A stretch of 64,000 nt of DNA from Patescibacteria group bacterium. GTDB taxonomy: Bacteria > Patescibacteriota > Dojkabacteria > GCA-002793355. The position numbers and the translations under genes are program-made. The notes under the pieces are model-generated. The model saw nothing but the letters and a program-made list of their open reading frames with translations. It did not search any database and was not told where the DNA came from. The DNA lies in the NCBI GenBank assembly GCA_016860985.1, contig BOKM01000001.1, positions 156,185-220,184 of the forward strand, written 5' to 3'. Positions 47,807 to 57,900 of this stretch are shown one piece after another (the stretch's first letter is position 1; each line of letters opens with the position of its first letter).

Positions 47807-47834
47807 GGTTCCGAAACGTGTCAACGAGGGGGAG
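47807..47834. repeat. 28-nt direct repeat, copy B (GGTTCCGAAACGTGTCAACGAGGGGGAG)
   Basis: See copy A. On the minus strand it reads CTCCCCCTCGTTGACACGTTT.. with TTGACA and a TAGACT -10-like hexamer 18 nt downstream, about 100 nt upstream of ORF start 47700. Confidence 0.8.
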
Positions 47835-47892
47835 CCATATACATTTTCCACCAAAGACACTCATTTACCACCTATTCGTAATTTGGTATTAC

Positions 47893-48531
47893 CTAATGTT
47901 GCAATTCGTCAACCATTGTCTGAAATGTTGCGACATGTTCATTAATTTTTTTTACTTGATTTGCAGTAAGATAACCATTTTCCATTGCATAGTTGATAAT
48001 TTCTTCTATAGTTACGAGACTTCGGATTTCGCATTGTGCTATTTCTTCAATTTGAGTACGGTACCCATAATCGAGAACATAGACCGCCGAAACTCTTTTA
48101 GGATCACTACTTCTCATACATCCTAACGCATGAACTAACGATTTGCCTGTAGCAAGAACGTCATCTACAAAAACTGCATGCCGACATTCACTCTCAATAA
48201 ATCCAACTATCTCTTTATCTTTACCATATTCTTTCGGTGTTCGCCTGACATAGGCGAGTTGCAAATCAAGAAGGTCTGCAACTGCTGCAGCAATATAATT
48301 TGCTCCACTCTCTTGTCCAACTATGAGGCTGGGTTTTTGCCCTTCCCCTATAATCATTTTTGATACCTCTTGCGCAACTATTCGTCTCTCTTTAGGATAT
48401 TTCAGTAAAATCTTCATATTTATGTATATCGGTGAGTAATACTCTCTCTGAGTCTCGATGTCAGACTTTTCGCTAAAAGTAAGCAAGCCGGGAATTGAAA
48501 ATAAGGTTTTTACCACGTTTAACATGAGCAA
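47893..48531 (-). CDS. Type I phosphoribosyltransferase (orotate PRTase-like)
   Basis: PRPP-binding motif AVFVDDVLATGKSL. Confidence 0.65.
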   Translation of the reverse strand: MLMLNVVKTLFSIPGLLTFSEKSDIETQREYYSPIYINMKILLKYPKERRIVAQEVSKMIIGEGQKPSLIVGQESGANYIAAAVADLLDLQLAYVRRTPKEYGKDKEIVGFIESECRHAVFVDDVLATGKSLVHALGCMRSSDPKRVSAVYVLDYGYRTQIEEIAQCEIRSLVTIEEIINYAMENGYLTANQVKKINEHVATFQTMVDELQH

Positions 48532-48581
48532 TTATAATATACATCGTCATTATTGGTGAGTCCTCTATGCTAGAATTATCA

Positions 48582-49085
48582 ATGAGTAGACTTATTACCT
48601 GTATCTGGTTTGCCAACAATAATGGTGCTGAAGCAACTAAGTATTATGTAGAGACATTTAATGCTGCCCCCGGACAGCACGAGGCTAAGTTCGGAGACGT
48701 GACAAAATCACCAAAAGCATCTGAAGAAGTTTCTGGAATTCCAGCTGGTTCAGATATGACCAATGAATGCGAAATTGATGGTACAAGCTTTATGTTCCTT
48801 AACGGCGGACCGATGGAACAGTTCAAGCTAAACGGTGGAACCTCTTTTATAGTTGAATGTGAGACTCAGGAAGAAATTGATTACTTTTGGGAAAAACTTT
48901 CAGCAGTTCCTGAAGCTGAACAATGCGGCTGGTGCACAGACAAGTTTGGAATCACCTGGCAAATAGTCCCCAGAATTCTCGACGAAATGATGCGGGACCC
49001 GAAAAAAGCAGAAGCGGTTACTGCAGCTTTTATGCCTATGAAAAAGTTGGATCTCGAAGCTATAAGAAAGGCGGGAGAGAATTAA
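48582..49085 (+). CDS. VOC-family / PhnB-like (3-demethylubiquinone-9 3-methyltransferase-fold) protein
   Basis: ITCIWFANN..AEEA N-terminal motif and the C-terminal CGWCTDKFGITWQIVP block are typical of this family. Confidence 0.6.
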   Translation: MSRLITCIWFANNNGAEATKYYVETFNAAPGQHEAKFGDVTKSPKASEEVSGIPAGSDMTNECEIDGTSFMFLNGGPMEQFKLNGGTSFIVECETQEEIDYFWEKLSAVPEAEQCGWCTDKFGITWQIVPRILDEMMRDPKKAEAVTAAFMPMKKLDLEAIRKAGEN

Positions 49086-49157
49086 TACTTCACCTTTATA
49101 GATAAAGAGCACTGTACTCTGTGTTGAAAACCGACCAATTTTGCGTTACAATCCGCG

Positions 49158-49601
49158 ATGGATTTTAACGAGAACTACGTATTTGAGCACAAAGAAACAC
49201 ACATCAACGAAATCATTCAGGATATTCATCGTGAACGCTCACCTTTTAAGAATCTGTACCGCGAGGCCATCGCGATTGCACAAAGGAACCGTGGCAAAAA
49301 GCTCTTTGGAGATGCGCAAATATACTTTGATGCCATTACTTATATGGCAATGACTGCAGCATCTTTCAATGGTTACGTAGAACGCGACACAGCCCGTGCA
49401 GCACAAATACTAAGAAATATGTTTACAATGCAAACAACTGTGGAAGGACTTTCAGAGAACTTTTTGTACCCTAATAGAATTGAAGATGTTGGATTGAGAG
49501 CAGACACAAATCTTTCACCTAAAGAAGTTGTAGAAACTATCTATCCCGTACTCAAAACAATGAAAAGACTCGATGACGAGCTCATTTCTCGGTCGAACTA
49601 G
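49158..49601 (+). CDS. hypothetical protein
   Basis: 147-aa ORF with no recognised motif. Confidence 0.35.
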   Translation: MDFNENYVFEHKETHINEIIQDIHRERSPFKNLYREAIAIAQRNRGKKLFGDAQIYFDAITYMAMTAASFNGYVERDTARAAQILRNMFTMQTTVEGLSENFLYPNRIEDVGLRADTNLSPKEVVETIYPVLKTMKRLDDELISRSN

Positions 49602-50121
49602 CAACTCTGTTTTGATAGAGAGTTTTTAGCACTCCGATTTCTGCAATATTTTTCATAAGCTCGCTATTCACCCACGCAGCATGTTCAGCAACTGTTTTTA
49701 AACGCCCCCCTAAGAATACCACTTCTCTCTCAGATTCCTCCAAAGTCATAGAATTAAGGCGCGCCTTCCAAGATTCAGCAAAGCGCCTAAGCAACACGAC
49801 TGAATCCGCAAGTGAGCCACTCCACTGATACTCAGTAAGTGACATATTTTCTTTTTGGTCTAGTGTGGCATTAATAGATCCCCACCACCATTCGATATGC
49901 CATAAAAGCCAAGATATTGTTACGTTTGGCAATGGAGTCGGTTCGGGAATGGTTACTTCGCCTCTCCATTTTCCGGTTTTATCTTGCTTAACACTCCAAA
50001 TATTATTAGTTGGAGTCCAAAAAACTTGCTCAACGGTTAAATCAGATAGGATAATCTCGGCAAGTGACCAGGTGAGGTTGAATTGCGATATGAGTAGTTT
50101 GCTTGTTCGACTTGTCATCAT
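49582..50121 (-). CDS. DinB/YfiT-like four-helix-bundle protein (putative metal-dependent hydrolase)
   Basis: ..LWHIEWWWGS.. and ..VAEHAAWVNSEL.. His-containing helices are reminiscent of the DinB_2 fold. Weak. Confidence 0.4.
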   Translation of the reverse strand: MMTSRTSKLLISQFNLTWSLAEIILSDLTVEQVFWTPTNNIWSVKQDKTGKWRGEVTIPEPTPLPNVTISWLLWHIEWWWGSINATLDQKENMSLTEYQWSGSLADSVVLLRRFAESWKARLNSMTLEESEREVVFLGGRLKTVAEHAAWVNSELMKNIAEIGVLKTLYQNRVASSTEK

Positions 50122-50231
50122 TTCTTATTGTGCCATATGAAGAACTATGAGTATACCTAATCGTTAAATAGAACTCCGTTTGTCATACCATAGCAAGACA
50201 AGGTATTAGAAGAGCCCGATTTAAGGGCTTT

Positions 50232-50260
50232 ATTATATTACAAATATCGAAGATTTCTGC
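50232..50260 (+). promoter_or_regulatory. candidate promoter TTACAA-17nt-TATAAT driving the glycosyltransferase locus, with ~170-nt 5' UTR
   Basis: Read directly from the sequence. Nearest downstream ATG with an ORF is 50434. Confidence 0.35.
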
Positions 50261-50433
50261 TATAATACGCAACTATAAGTTAGATAAGTCAATGTGCCGA
50301 TAGTGTTCTTCCCAAATATTTCAATCGAGTTGTCGCCGACCTATTCGTTTCTTGTGTTACTCTACTTTTATTTGTTTGTTGGTGTAGTTGCAGTCAATAT
50401 CATAACAAGCGTTCTTACTTTTATCGTTAATCG

Positions 50434-51096
50434 ATGGAAAAAGAGGTAGTCAAAGTACAAAACAAAAAGGCAATAGTGGGTGCACTTTTTAAACGAATAT
50501 TCCGATTTTTTCGTAATCGCGTGTCTCTCCTCTTACTTGCAATCGTTTCACTTGTCATTACGGCATTTATAGTTTTGAATGCCTTTGAACAGGTCTTTTT
50601 TTATGATATTCCCTTTCTTGAGACACTGAGAAAATATAACCATTCTCAAGAAATTACCGAAGTACAGAAAAAGATACCGCAAAACGAAGAATTTCTTCAT
50701 CAAGCAGTGAGAGACATACCGCGTTATCTAGTCATTCCCTCCATAAACTCGAACATTGAACTAACAGAATCACTCTTAAAAGAGGGGAGTTTCTACGTCA
50801 GAGGGAACAAGGCACATGTCATAAAAACAAAGAAGTCAAATACAATGATTATCTATCTTGACGAAAATTGGCGTACTACAACAGATTTAAGCAATCTCAA
50901 AAACGATGAACTCCTATTTGTAATGTCCTACGATTTTAACTACCTATACAAAATTGAGGAAGTGTTAGTAAACAGTACTGATTTGCAATTCATCAAAAAT
51001 ATTGACGACCCTCGGCCGCAAGTAATTGTTGTTGGGGAATTAAACAATTCTTATGTCGTGGTTACAGCAACATTACTTAACTCTGTGTACCGATGA
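50434..51096 (+). CDS. hypothetical membrane-anchored protein (first gene of GT2 locus)
   Basis: 220 aa with an N-terminal TM. Its stop overlaps the GT2 start (ATGA). Confidence 0.5.
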   Translation: MEKEVVKVQNKKAIVGALFKRIFRFFRNRVSLLLLAIVSLVITAFIVLNAFEQVFFYDIPFLETLRKYNHSQEITEVQKKIPQNEEFLHQAVRDIPRYLVIPSINSNIELTESLLKEGSFYVRGNKAHVIKTKKSNTMIIYLDENWRTTTDLSNLKNDELLFVMSYDFNYLYKIEEVLVNSTDLQFIKNIDDPRPQVIVVGELNNSYVVVTATLLNSVYR

Positions 51097-52352
51097 TTAC
51101 TGGCGAATGGTTTGACTTTTTCCGACAACTTGCGACGTTCTTCGCGAATGTCATGTTTTTTAAATACTTTCTTTTCTTGTTTCTAGCTCCCTTTTATCCA
51201 TTACGCGAAGCAATACGAAGACGTAGAACAAGTACTCTCGAATCAACTTATAAGCCTTTGGTCTCGGTAATCGTACCTGCATGGAATGAAGAGGTCGGTG
51301 TATTGAAAACAGTCAAAAGTATACTTAACAATACCTATTCTAATGTTGAAATTGTGATCGTAAATGATGGAAGCATTGACCGTACCCACGAGGTCATCGA
51401 CGAATTTCTTAAAGAAGTAAAAAGTCTTCCAAAACATAATGAGTGGAAAAAGAAGAAAATCCAATATCACGCACAGCCAAACGGTGGTAAGGGAGTCGCC
51501 TTAAATAATGGTATAAAAAAATCCAAGGGAGAGATTATCCTTACAATTGACGCAGACTCGGCACTAGAACGACACGCGATAGAAAACCTTGTTGTCTATT
51601 TCCGAGACGAAAAAATCTCAGGAGTCGTTGGAAACGTTGTAGTTGCAAATTCTAAGACAGTTATCGGCTTAACGCAAAAGCTTGAGTATCTTTTTGGATT
51701 CTATTTTAAACGTGCACACGCAGTACTCGGAGCGGAGTACATCTTTGGTGGTGCATGTGCAGCTTTCCGCAGAACAGTCTTTGACGAGATTGGCTTCTAC
51801 GATGAAAAGAATAAAACCGAAGACATCGAAATGACGCTGCGCTTTAGATACTTTGGTTATAACTGTACCTACGGCGAGAATGTCATTTGTTACACAGAAG
51901 GAGCATCAGATATTACGGGATTGATTAGCCAAAGAAAACGTTGGAGTAAAGGTCGAATGGATACATTCATTAACTACCGACACATGTTTTTCTCTAAAGA
52001 TAAAAGGCACAACAAGGCACTAACCCACCTGATTTTGCCTTATGCAGTGCTTTCTGAATTACAACTTTTAGTAGAGCCAATCTCAATTGCACTCTTACTC
52101 ACCTACTCCTTTATTGGATTAGACTTTCTTTCACTTGCAATTGGTGTATTTTCTGTATCAATCCTTTATTTAGTAAATGCATTATTCAACGGCAGAAGAG
52201 TTGATTTACGCTTAATTTTCCTCTTTCCTTTTACCTGGCCGCTCTTTTATTTTTTAATTTGGGTTGAATTTGTTGCTCACCTTTCGAGTATCGGAATGGT
52301 ACTTCGTGGAGAAGAAATCGTTTGGCAGAGTTGGCAACGCAAAGGCATTTAG
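51093..52352 (+). CDS. Family 2 processive glycosyltransferase (PgaC/IcaA/cellulose-synthase-like exopolysaccharide synthase)
   Basis: ..VSVIVPAWNEE..VIVNDGS.. (DxD region), TIDADS, QRKRWSKG (QxxRW), plus N- and C-terminal TM helices. Confidence 0.8.
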   Translation: MITGEWFDFFRQLATFFANVMFFKYFLFLFLAPFYPLREAIRRRRTSTLESTYKPLVSVIVPAWNEEVGVLKTVKSILNNTYSNVEIVIVNDGSIDRTHEVIDEFLKEVKSLPKHNEWKKKKIQYHAQPNGGKGVALNNGIKKSKGEIILTIDADSALERHAIENLVVYFRDEKISGVVGNVVVANSKTVIGLTQKLEYLFGFYFKRAHAVLGAEYIFGGACAAFRRTVFDEIGFYDEKNKTEDIEMTLRFRYFGYNCTYGENVICYTEGASDITGLISQRKRWSKGRMDTFINYRHMFFSKDKRHNKALTHLILPYAVLSELQLLVEPISIALLLTYSFIGLDFLSLAIGVFSVSILYLVNALFNGRRVDLRLIFLFPFTWPLFYFLIWVEFVAHLSSIGMVLRGEEIVWQSWQRKGI

Positions 52353-52361
52353 TTTAATCAA

Positions 52362-53639
52362 TTGATTATGGCAATAGTACAACAAGATATAAAAAGTAAA
52401 AGCACACTATTTGCATTTCTATTTCTCTTTGGATTTGTAGTTGCTTTTAGCGCACTTTCTGGAAATTACGTGTATTTGCGAAATAAGACTTCAATGATTG
52501 CCGACTCATTTAAAGAAAAGGTAATTTCACTCATCCCGACTGCAAAGCCACCCGAAGAAAACAATATCTCTTTAGAGGTTACCGCCTGCAGTAATAACAA
52601 AAAGAACATCACCAATAAGCCAGTAGCCGCCGAATTACAGGCATTACAAGTATTAGAAACATACTGCCAATCGAGTGCATCAACAACACTCATGCTCTTT
52701 ACCTCAATGCCAAATAGCGACGAAACAGCCAAGAGAATGGCACTGACGATGTCGGATACGCTAAAGGAATTTGCGAAATACAACATTCGACCGCTCGTTA
52801 TTATTGAACCGGATACAACTTGGGGATTAATTGACTTTAGAGAATTTGGCACTGGTTTTTACAATGAGTGGTTAAACGTGTACTTTAAGCAACTAAAAGG
52901 TTACGGCATCACAGATGAACAAATGGGTATCTGGGTTCCTTTCCCTGAGGCAAATCTTCCGCACTGGAACACGAACAATAGCAAACCGGACCAAATAGGA
53001 AAGAACATTACAATATACGTAACAATTTTAAAGCAATATTTTCCAACCGCCCACACCTCGGTTTTACTTAACGCTGCCTCTTATCCAAGCGACGATTTCA
53101 ACTGGGAAAACGGAGCTTACACGAGTTTAATACCATACATAAAATCAATACCTGCAGGACTAGTGGATAGTTTTGGAATTCAAGGATTTCCGTGGCAATC
53201 ACCTGCAACTTCAGAGCGTGAACTAAAAATTTCTGACCCATACGCATTTCTCGGACCAGACCTTGCTATTGAAGCTGCGAAATATCTCAAGGTCAGTCAT
53301 ATCTGGTTAAATACCGGAACTTACAAAACCAAGTACGCACAGAACCCATCAATGACCGTAACAGTAGAAGCGAAGGACCGAGCGAATATACTTTCTGCAA
53401 TACTTCAGCAAGCATCGTACATCAAGACAAAAGGCTTTATTGTTTCAGTAAACATCTTTGCTGAGAATAAGGCAAAAACACCAGAGGCAACAGATTGGTC
53501 ATATTGGGATGTATCTCAAGGAACGACACTGAATGACCACGCTGCAATATTCTTGCAATTTTTGGCAGAAGCAGACAAACAGAATATCCCACTGTGGTAT
53601 TTTGATAAAATGCCAGCTGAAGAAACCCCGACAGAATAG
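52362..53639 (+). CDS. hypothetical secreted protein downstream of GT2 (possible polysaccharide-processing enzyme)
   Basis: N-terminal TM/signal then a 390-aa soluble domain with no confident family match. Confidence 0.45.
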   Translation: MIMAIVQQDIKSKSTLFAFLFLFGFVVAFSALSGNYVYLRNKTSMIADSFKEKVISLIPTAKPPEENNISLEVTACSNNKKNITNKPVAAELQALQVLETYCQSSASTTLMLFTSMPNSDETAKRMALTMSDTLKEFAKYNIRPLVIIEPDTTWGLIDFREFGTGFYNEWLNVYFKQLKGYGITDEQMGIWVPFPEANLPHWNTNNSKPDQIGKNITIYVTILKQYFPTAHTSVLLNAASYPSDDFNWENGAYTSLIPYIKSIPAGLVDSFGIQGFPWQSPATSERELKISDPYAFLGPDLAIEAAKYLKVSHIWLNTGTYKTKYAQNPSMTVTVEAKDRANILSAILQQASYIKTKGFIVSVNIFAENKAKTPEATDWSYWDVSQGTTLNDHAAIFLQFLAEADKQNIPLWYFDKMPAEETPTE

Positions 53640-53689
53640 GGCAAAAGCAACACTTCTCAATCCCCACGTTTCGTGTAACAATACCCCAA

Positions 53690-54970
53690 ATGAAACTGCG
53701 CCTGCGTAAACTCTTTAAAGATTTAGGTCCTGGAATAATCACCGGTGCAGCAGACGATGATCCCTCTGGAATTGCAACCTATTCACAAGCTGGTGCAATG
53801 TTTGGCCATAAGTTTTTGTGGACATCACTCTATATTCTTCCGCTCGTATATGCAATTCAAGAGATTGCTGCGAGAGTAGGCCTAGTAACAGGAAAAGGCA
53901 TTGCCCGAAACTTAAAAGAAATATATCCAAAACCGTTGGTCTACCTTCTTATAAGCGGCCTTCTCATTGCAAACACAATAAATCTCGGAGTTGACCTCGG
54001 TGCAATTGCAACGGCGTTACAGTTAATACTCCCCGTTAACTTTGATATTTTGCTTGTTTCTATCACAATAATGATTGTAATTCTTGAGTTGTTTACATCG
54101 TATAAACAGTACGCGAAAGTGCTTAAGTGGCTTGCCCTTTCGCTACTTGCCTACATTATCACGGGACTTTTCATAAAAGCTGATTGGCAGCAAATACTTC
54201 GACAAACACTTATTCCAAACTTTGAAAATAGTTATATTTGGTTCTTTACATTAGTTGGATTGATGGGAACAACTATTTCTCCTTATGTTATGTTTTGGCA
54301 AGCCAACGAAGAAGTTGAAGAAGAAATGTCGGCAGGACTACTCAGCAGAAAAGGTGGTTTGCCCAGAATCTCTTGGAAGCTTATCCGTAAAATGCGGATT
54401 GACACTCTTGTTGGAATGTTGTTCGCGGCAATAACCTCTTGGTTCATTATGTTTACCGCAGGTTCAACACTGTACCCAAATGGTATTACTGAAATTACAT
54501 CTGCCGCACAAGCTGCAGAAGCGCTCGAGCCCTTAGTGCAAACTTTCCCTAATGCGGGTTTTCTTGCAAAACTCCTCTTTACTTTTGGTATTGTTGGAAC
54601 GGGGCTTTTGGCCGTACCAATTTTTGCTGCGTCTAGTTCATATGCGTTAAGCGAGCTGTTCAATTGGAAAGAAGGGTTGAATAATAAAGTAAAGCGAGCA
54701 AAACCCTTTTATGCAGTTATCGTTATCTCTACACTCGTTGGTGTGGGCATTAATTATTTAGGCATCAACTCTATTCAGGCGCTTGTATACTCTGCCGTGC
54801 TCAATGGAGTTGTTTCTATACCGCTTATTGCAGGCGTACTTTCTATCGGGAGAAACGAGCGACTAATGGGCGAATATCGTACCCCAGCAATCCTGCAAGC
54901 ACTTGGCATCTTCACTTTTATTTGCATGCTTGCAGGTTCACTTTTTCTGTTGGTTTCTTCACTCAATTAG
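53690..54970 (+). CDS. NRAMP-family divalent metal transporter (MntH-like)
   Basis: ..GPGIITGAADDDPSGIATYSQAGA.. NRAMP N-terminal motif and 11-12 predicted TMs. Confidence 0.8.
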   Translation: MKLRLRKLFKDLGPGIITGAADDDPSGIATYSQAGAMFGHKFLWTSLYILPLVYAIQEIAARVGLVTGKGIARNLKEIYPKPLVYLLISGLLIANTINLGVDLGAIATALQLILPVNFDILLVSITIMIVILELFTSYKQYAKVLKWLALSLLAYIITGLFIKADWQQILRQTLIPNFENSYIWFFTLVGLMGTTISPYVMFWQANEEVEEEMSAGLLSRKGGLPRISWKLIRKMRIDTLVGMLFAAITSWFIMFTAGSTLYPNGITEITSAAQAAEALEPLVQTFPNAGFLAKLLFTFGIVGTGLLAVPIFAASSSYALSELFNWKEGLNNKVKRAKPFYAVIVISTLVGVGINYLGINSIQALVYSAVLNGVVSIPLIAGVLSIGRNERLMGEYRTPAILQALGIFTFICMLAGSLFLLVSSLN

Positions 54971-54974
54971 TGAC

Positions 54975-57900
54975 TTACGAGCAGCCGCTTGTTGCGCCAC
55001 AGTCTAAGCATTTGTAGCATGCACCATTACGAATCATTACTGCTCCACAATCAGAACACAGTGGAGCATCTTCGTTATTTTGGCGCAAGGCCTGCTGAGC
55101 CTGATCTTTTTTGAGTAATTCCAAATCTACCTCGACATTAGCAGGCGGAATTTCTTGCTCAATTGCTTCTGCGGGGGTATTGGTCACTGCTTGAGTAGTA
55201 ACATCTCCTGTTTCAGCATCGCCGATTGTGGTTGTTTTTGTAATTGTTTCAGTCACAACTTTACTGTGAGAAACGCTTACCTGCTCTTTTACATCTTCGT
55301 GCGAATGATGTTTGTAGATTTTCTTAACCTCTGAGGCTTTTAGATCTCCATTTCCCATCGCTCGTTCAACTAACTCAGCAGTATGGTATTTTTTGGCCGT
55401 ATCCGAATCAAGGAACTTAAGAGCAAGCCATCGTGCAAGATAATCTACCAGGGATTTAGCCATTGGAATATTCTTGTTGTTGGTCATGCCAGAGGGTTCA
55501 AAGCGCACATGCGAGTATTTGTTTATTAACACTTGCAACGGAACCCCATACTGAAGGTTTAGTGAGAGTGAGATTGCCCATGCATCCATAATACCGCTTA
55601 ACGTGCTTCCTTCTTTATTCATGGTTAAGAAGATTTCTCCTGGAGTACCATCTTCAAAGAGACTTGCGGTAATGTATCCTTCGTGCCCACCGATTTCAAA
55701 CTTATGTGTGATGCTTACTCGTTCAAGAGGCATTTTGCGGCGGGGAAGTTGGGTTGATGATTGCGAAATTACAGCTTCTTGTTGTACCGCTTTCGCAACC
55801 TGTACGGGAGTAACCTCGTTAGTGTCCTCTTCATCAAAGGTAAATAGCTTTGCATACACACTCGCCTCATCTGATGATGTGGAGAGAGGTTGAGATAATT
55901 TCGAGCCATCTCGATAGAGCGCATTACACTTCAAACCTAATTTCCAACTTGTTTTGTAGATTTCTTCGATTTCTGCGATTGTTGCGTCTTCTGGAAGATT
56001 GACCGTTTTACTGATAGAACCAGAAATAAAAGGTTGACCAGCTGCCAACATCTTTACATGGCCCATTGGTGATATAAAGCGTGTACCTTTGCTTCCACAT
56101 TTGTTTGCGCAGTCAAAGACAGGATAATGTTCAGGTTTAAGGTGTGGAGCTCCTTCAAGTGTCATCGCACCACAGATATACTCGTTTGCTGCTGCAATTT
56201 GATCAGGAGTAAAACCAAGTGCAGTGAGTAAATTGAAGTCAGGAGCAGTAGTATCTTGATCCTGAACGAGAGAAGCTACAAAAACGGCACCTAGTACGTA
56301 TGCGTTAAAGAGAAACGCGACATTGAAGGCCGACACGAGTTGTGATTCGATTGCATCAATCTTTTCGTCAGGAAATCCTAGTTCGCGCAAGGAATCTCGG
56401 TTAATATACGGAGATCCCGCGAAAGAGGCAGCACCTAACACATATTTGAGAATATCACGAACTTGAATTTCGTCATAACCTAATGCAATTAAAGCGGGTT
56501 CAACTGATTGATTGACTATCTTAAAGTAGCCGCCACCAACTAACTTTTTGAACTTAACCAAAGCGAAATCTGGTTCAAAGCCAGTGGTATCGCAATCCAT
56601 AACCAAACCGATTGTTCCGGTTGGCGCAATAACAGTTACTTGAGCATTTCTGTAGCCAAACCGCTCGCCAAGCTGTAATGCTTTATCCCAACTTTCGCGT
56701 GCGGCATTAAGAAGGTATGGCGAAGTGGTCGAAGGATCAATCCCCATTGGAATAGTTGAAAGTTTTTCATATTCCGAAGGAGCTGCGCTGTACGCTACTC
56801 GACGGTGGTTACGAATAACACGCAGCATGTGCTCTTTGTTTGCCTCATAACGCTCGAAGGTACCAACAACTTTAGCCATTTCAGCTGAAGTCGCATAGGC
56901 ATCACCAGTAAGAATTGCAGTCAAGGCACCAGTTGTGCTACGAGCTTCATCGCTATCATAAGGGAGCCCCATTTGCATCAGTACTGTACCAAGATTGGCA
57001 TACCCAAGACCGAGTGTTCGATATTGGAAGGTTCGTTCTGCCATTTTTGAAGATGGCGATTGTGACATAAGGACAGAAACTTCAAGAACTATCGTCCAGA
57101 GGCGAATAACATGTCGGTAGGTTTGAATATCAAAGACGCGTGCAACTGGGTCGTAAAACTTTTGAAGATTTATTGAGGCAAGATTACAGGCCGTTTCGTC
57201 TAGGAACATATACTCGGAGCATGGATTTGACGCATTGATTCTTCCATCTTCGGGGCAGGTATGCCAGTCGTTGATTGTAGTATCAAATTGCAACCCTGGA
57301 TCTGCCGACTCCCATGCTGCTTCTGCTATTTGTTCCCACAACCGTTTTGCATCAACTGAACGCTTTACTGACCCATCAATTCTACTAATTAAGTCCCATT
57401 TTCTGTTTTCTTCGACTGCTTTCATAAAAGCATCAGTAACTCTGACACTATTATTTGAATTCTGCCCATCGACCGTTACGTACGCTTCGGAACGATAATC
57501 TGTATCAAAGGTCGAAAAATTAAAATCGGCTGCTTTTACCCCGTTTTCAACAAGCATAAGTACTCTTTTGATGTAGTTCAGAGGAACTGCATTGTCTTTA
57601 GCAGCGATAATTTTCTTTTTAAGCTCTGGATTCTTTTCTGGATCTATGCCTTTGCTTTCTGCTGAACTCATTATTCCTTTCAGGTGTTCAAACGCAATTT
57701 TACTTCCGGTAACAAGTGCTACAACCTTTCGTTCTTCTCTAACCTTCCATTGTATGAATTTTTCGACATCGGGATGGTCCACATTAAGAATTACCATCTT
57801 TGCTGCCCGCCTTGTTGTACCACCTGACTTAACCGATCCAGCTGCTCGATCAAATACGGAGAGAAAACTCATCACACCAGAGGAAGAACCCCCACCAGAC

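Noticed and set aside
47818-48126. 102-aa + ORF starting inside repeat copy B
   Set aside because: It is antisense to the PRTase gene and begins within the repeat, so it is most likely an artefact of the repeat's ATG.
50434-51096. Sortase-like call for the first gene of the GT2 locus
   Set aside because: Some beta-strand stretches (RYLVIPSINSNIELTES) resemble sortase, but there is no catalytic His, no TLxTC Cys and no Arg. Insufficient to call.
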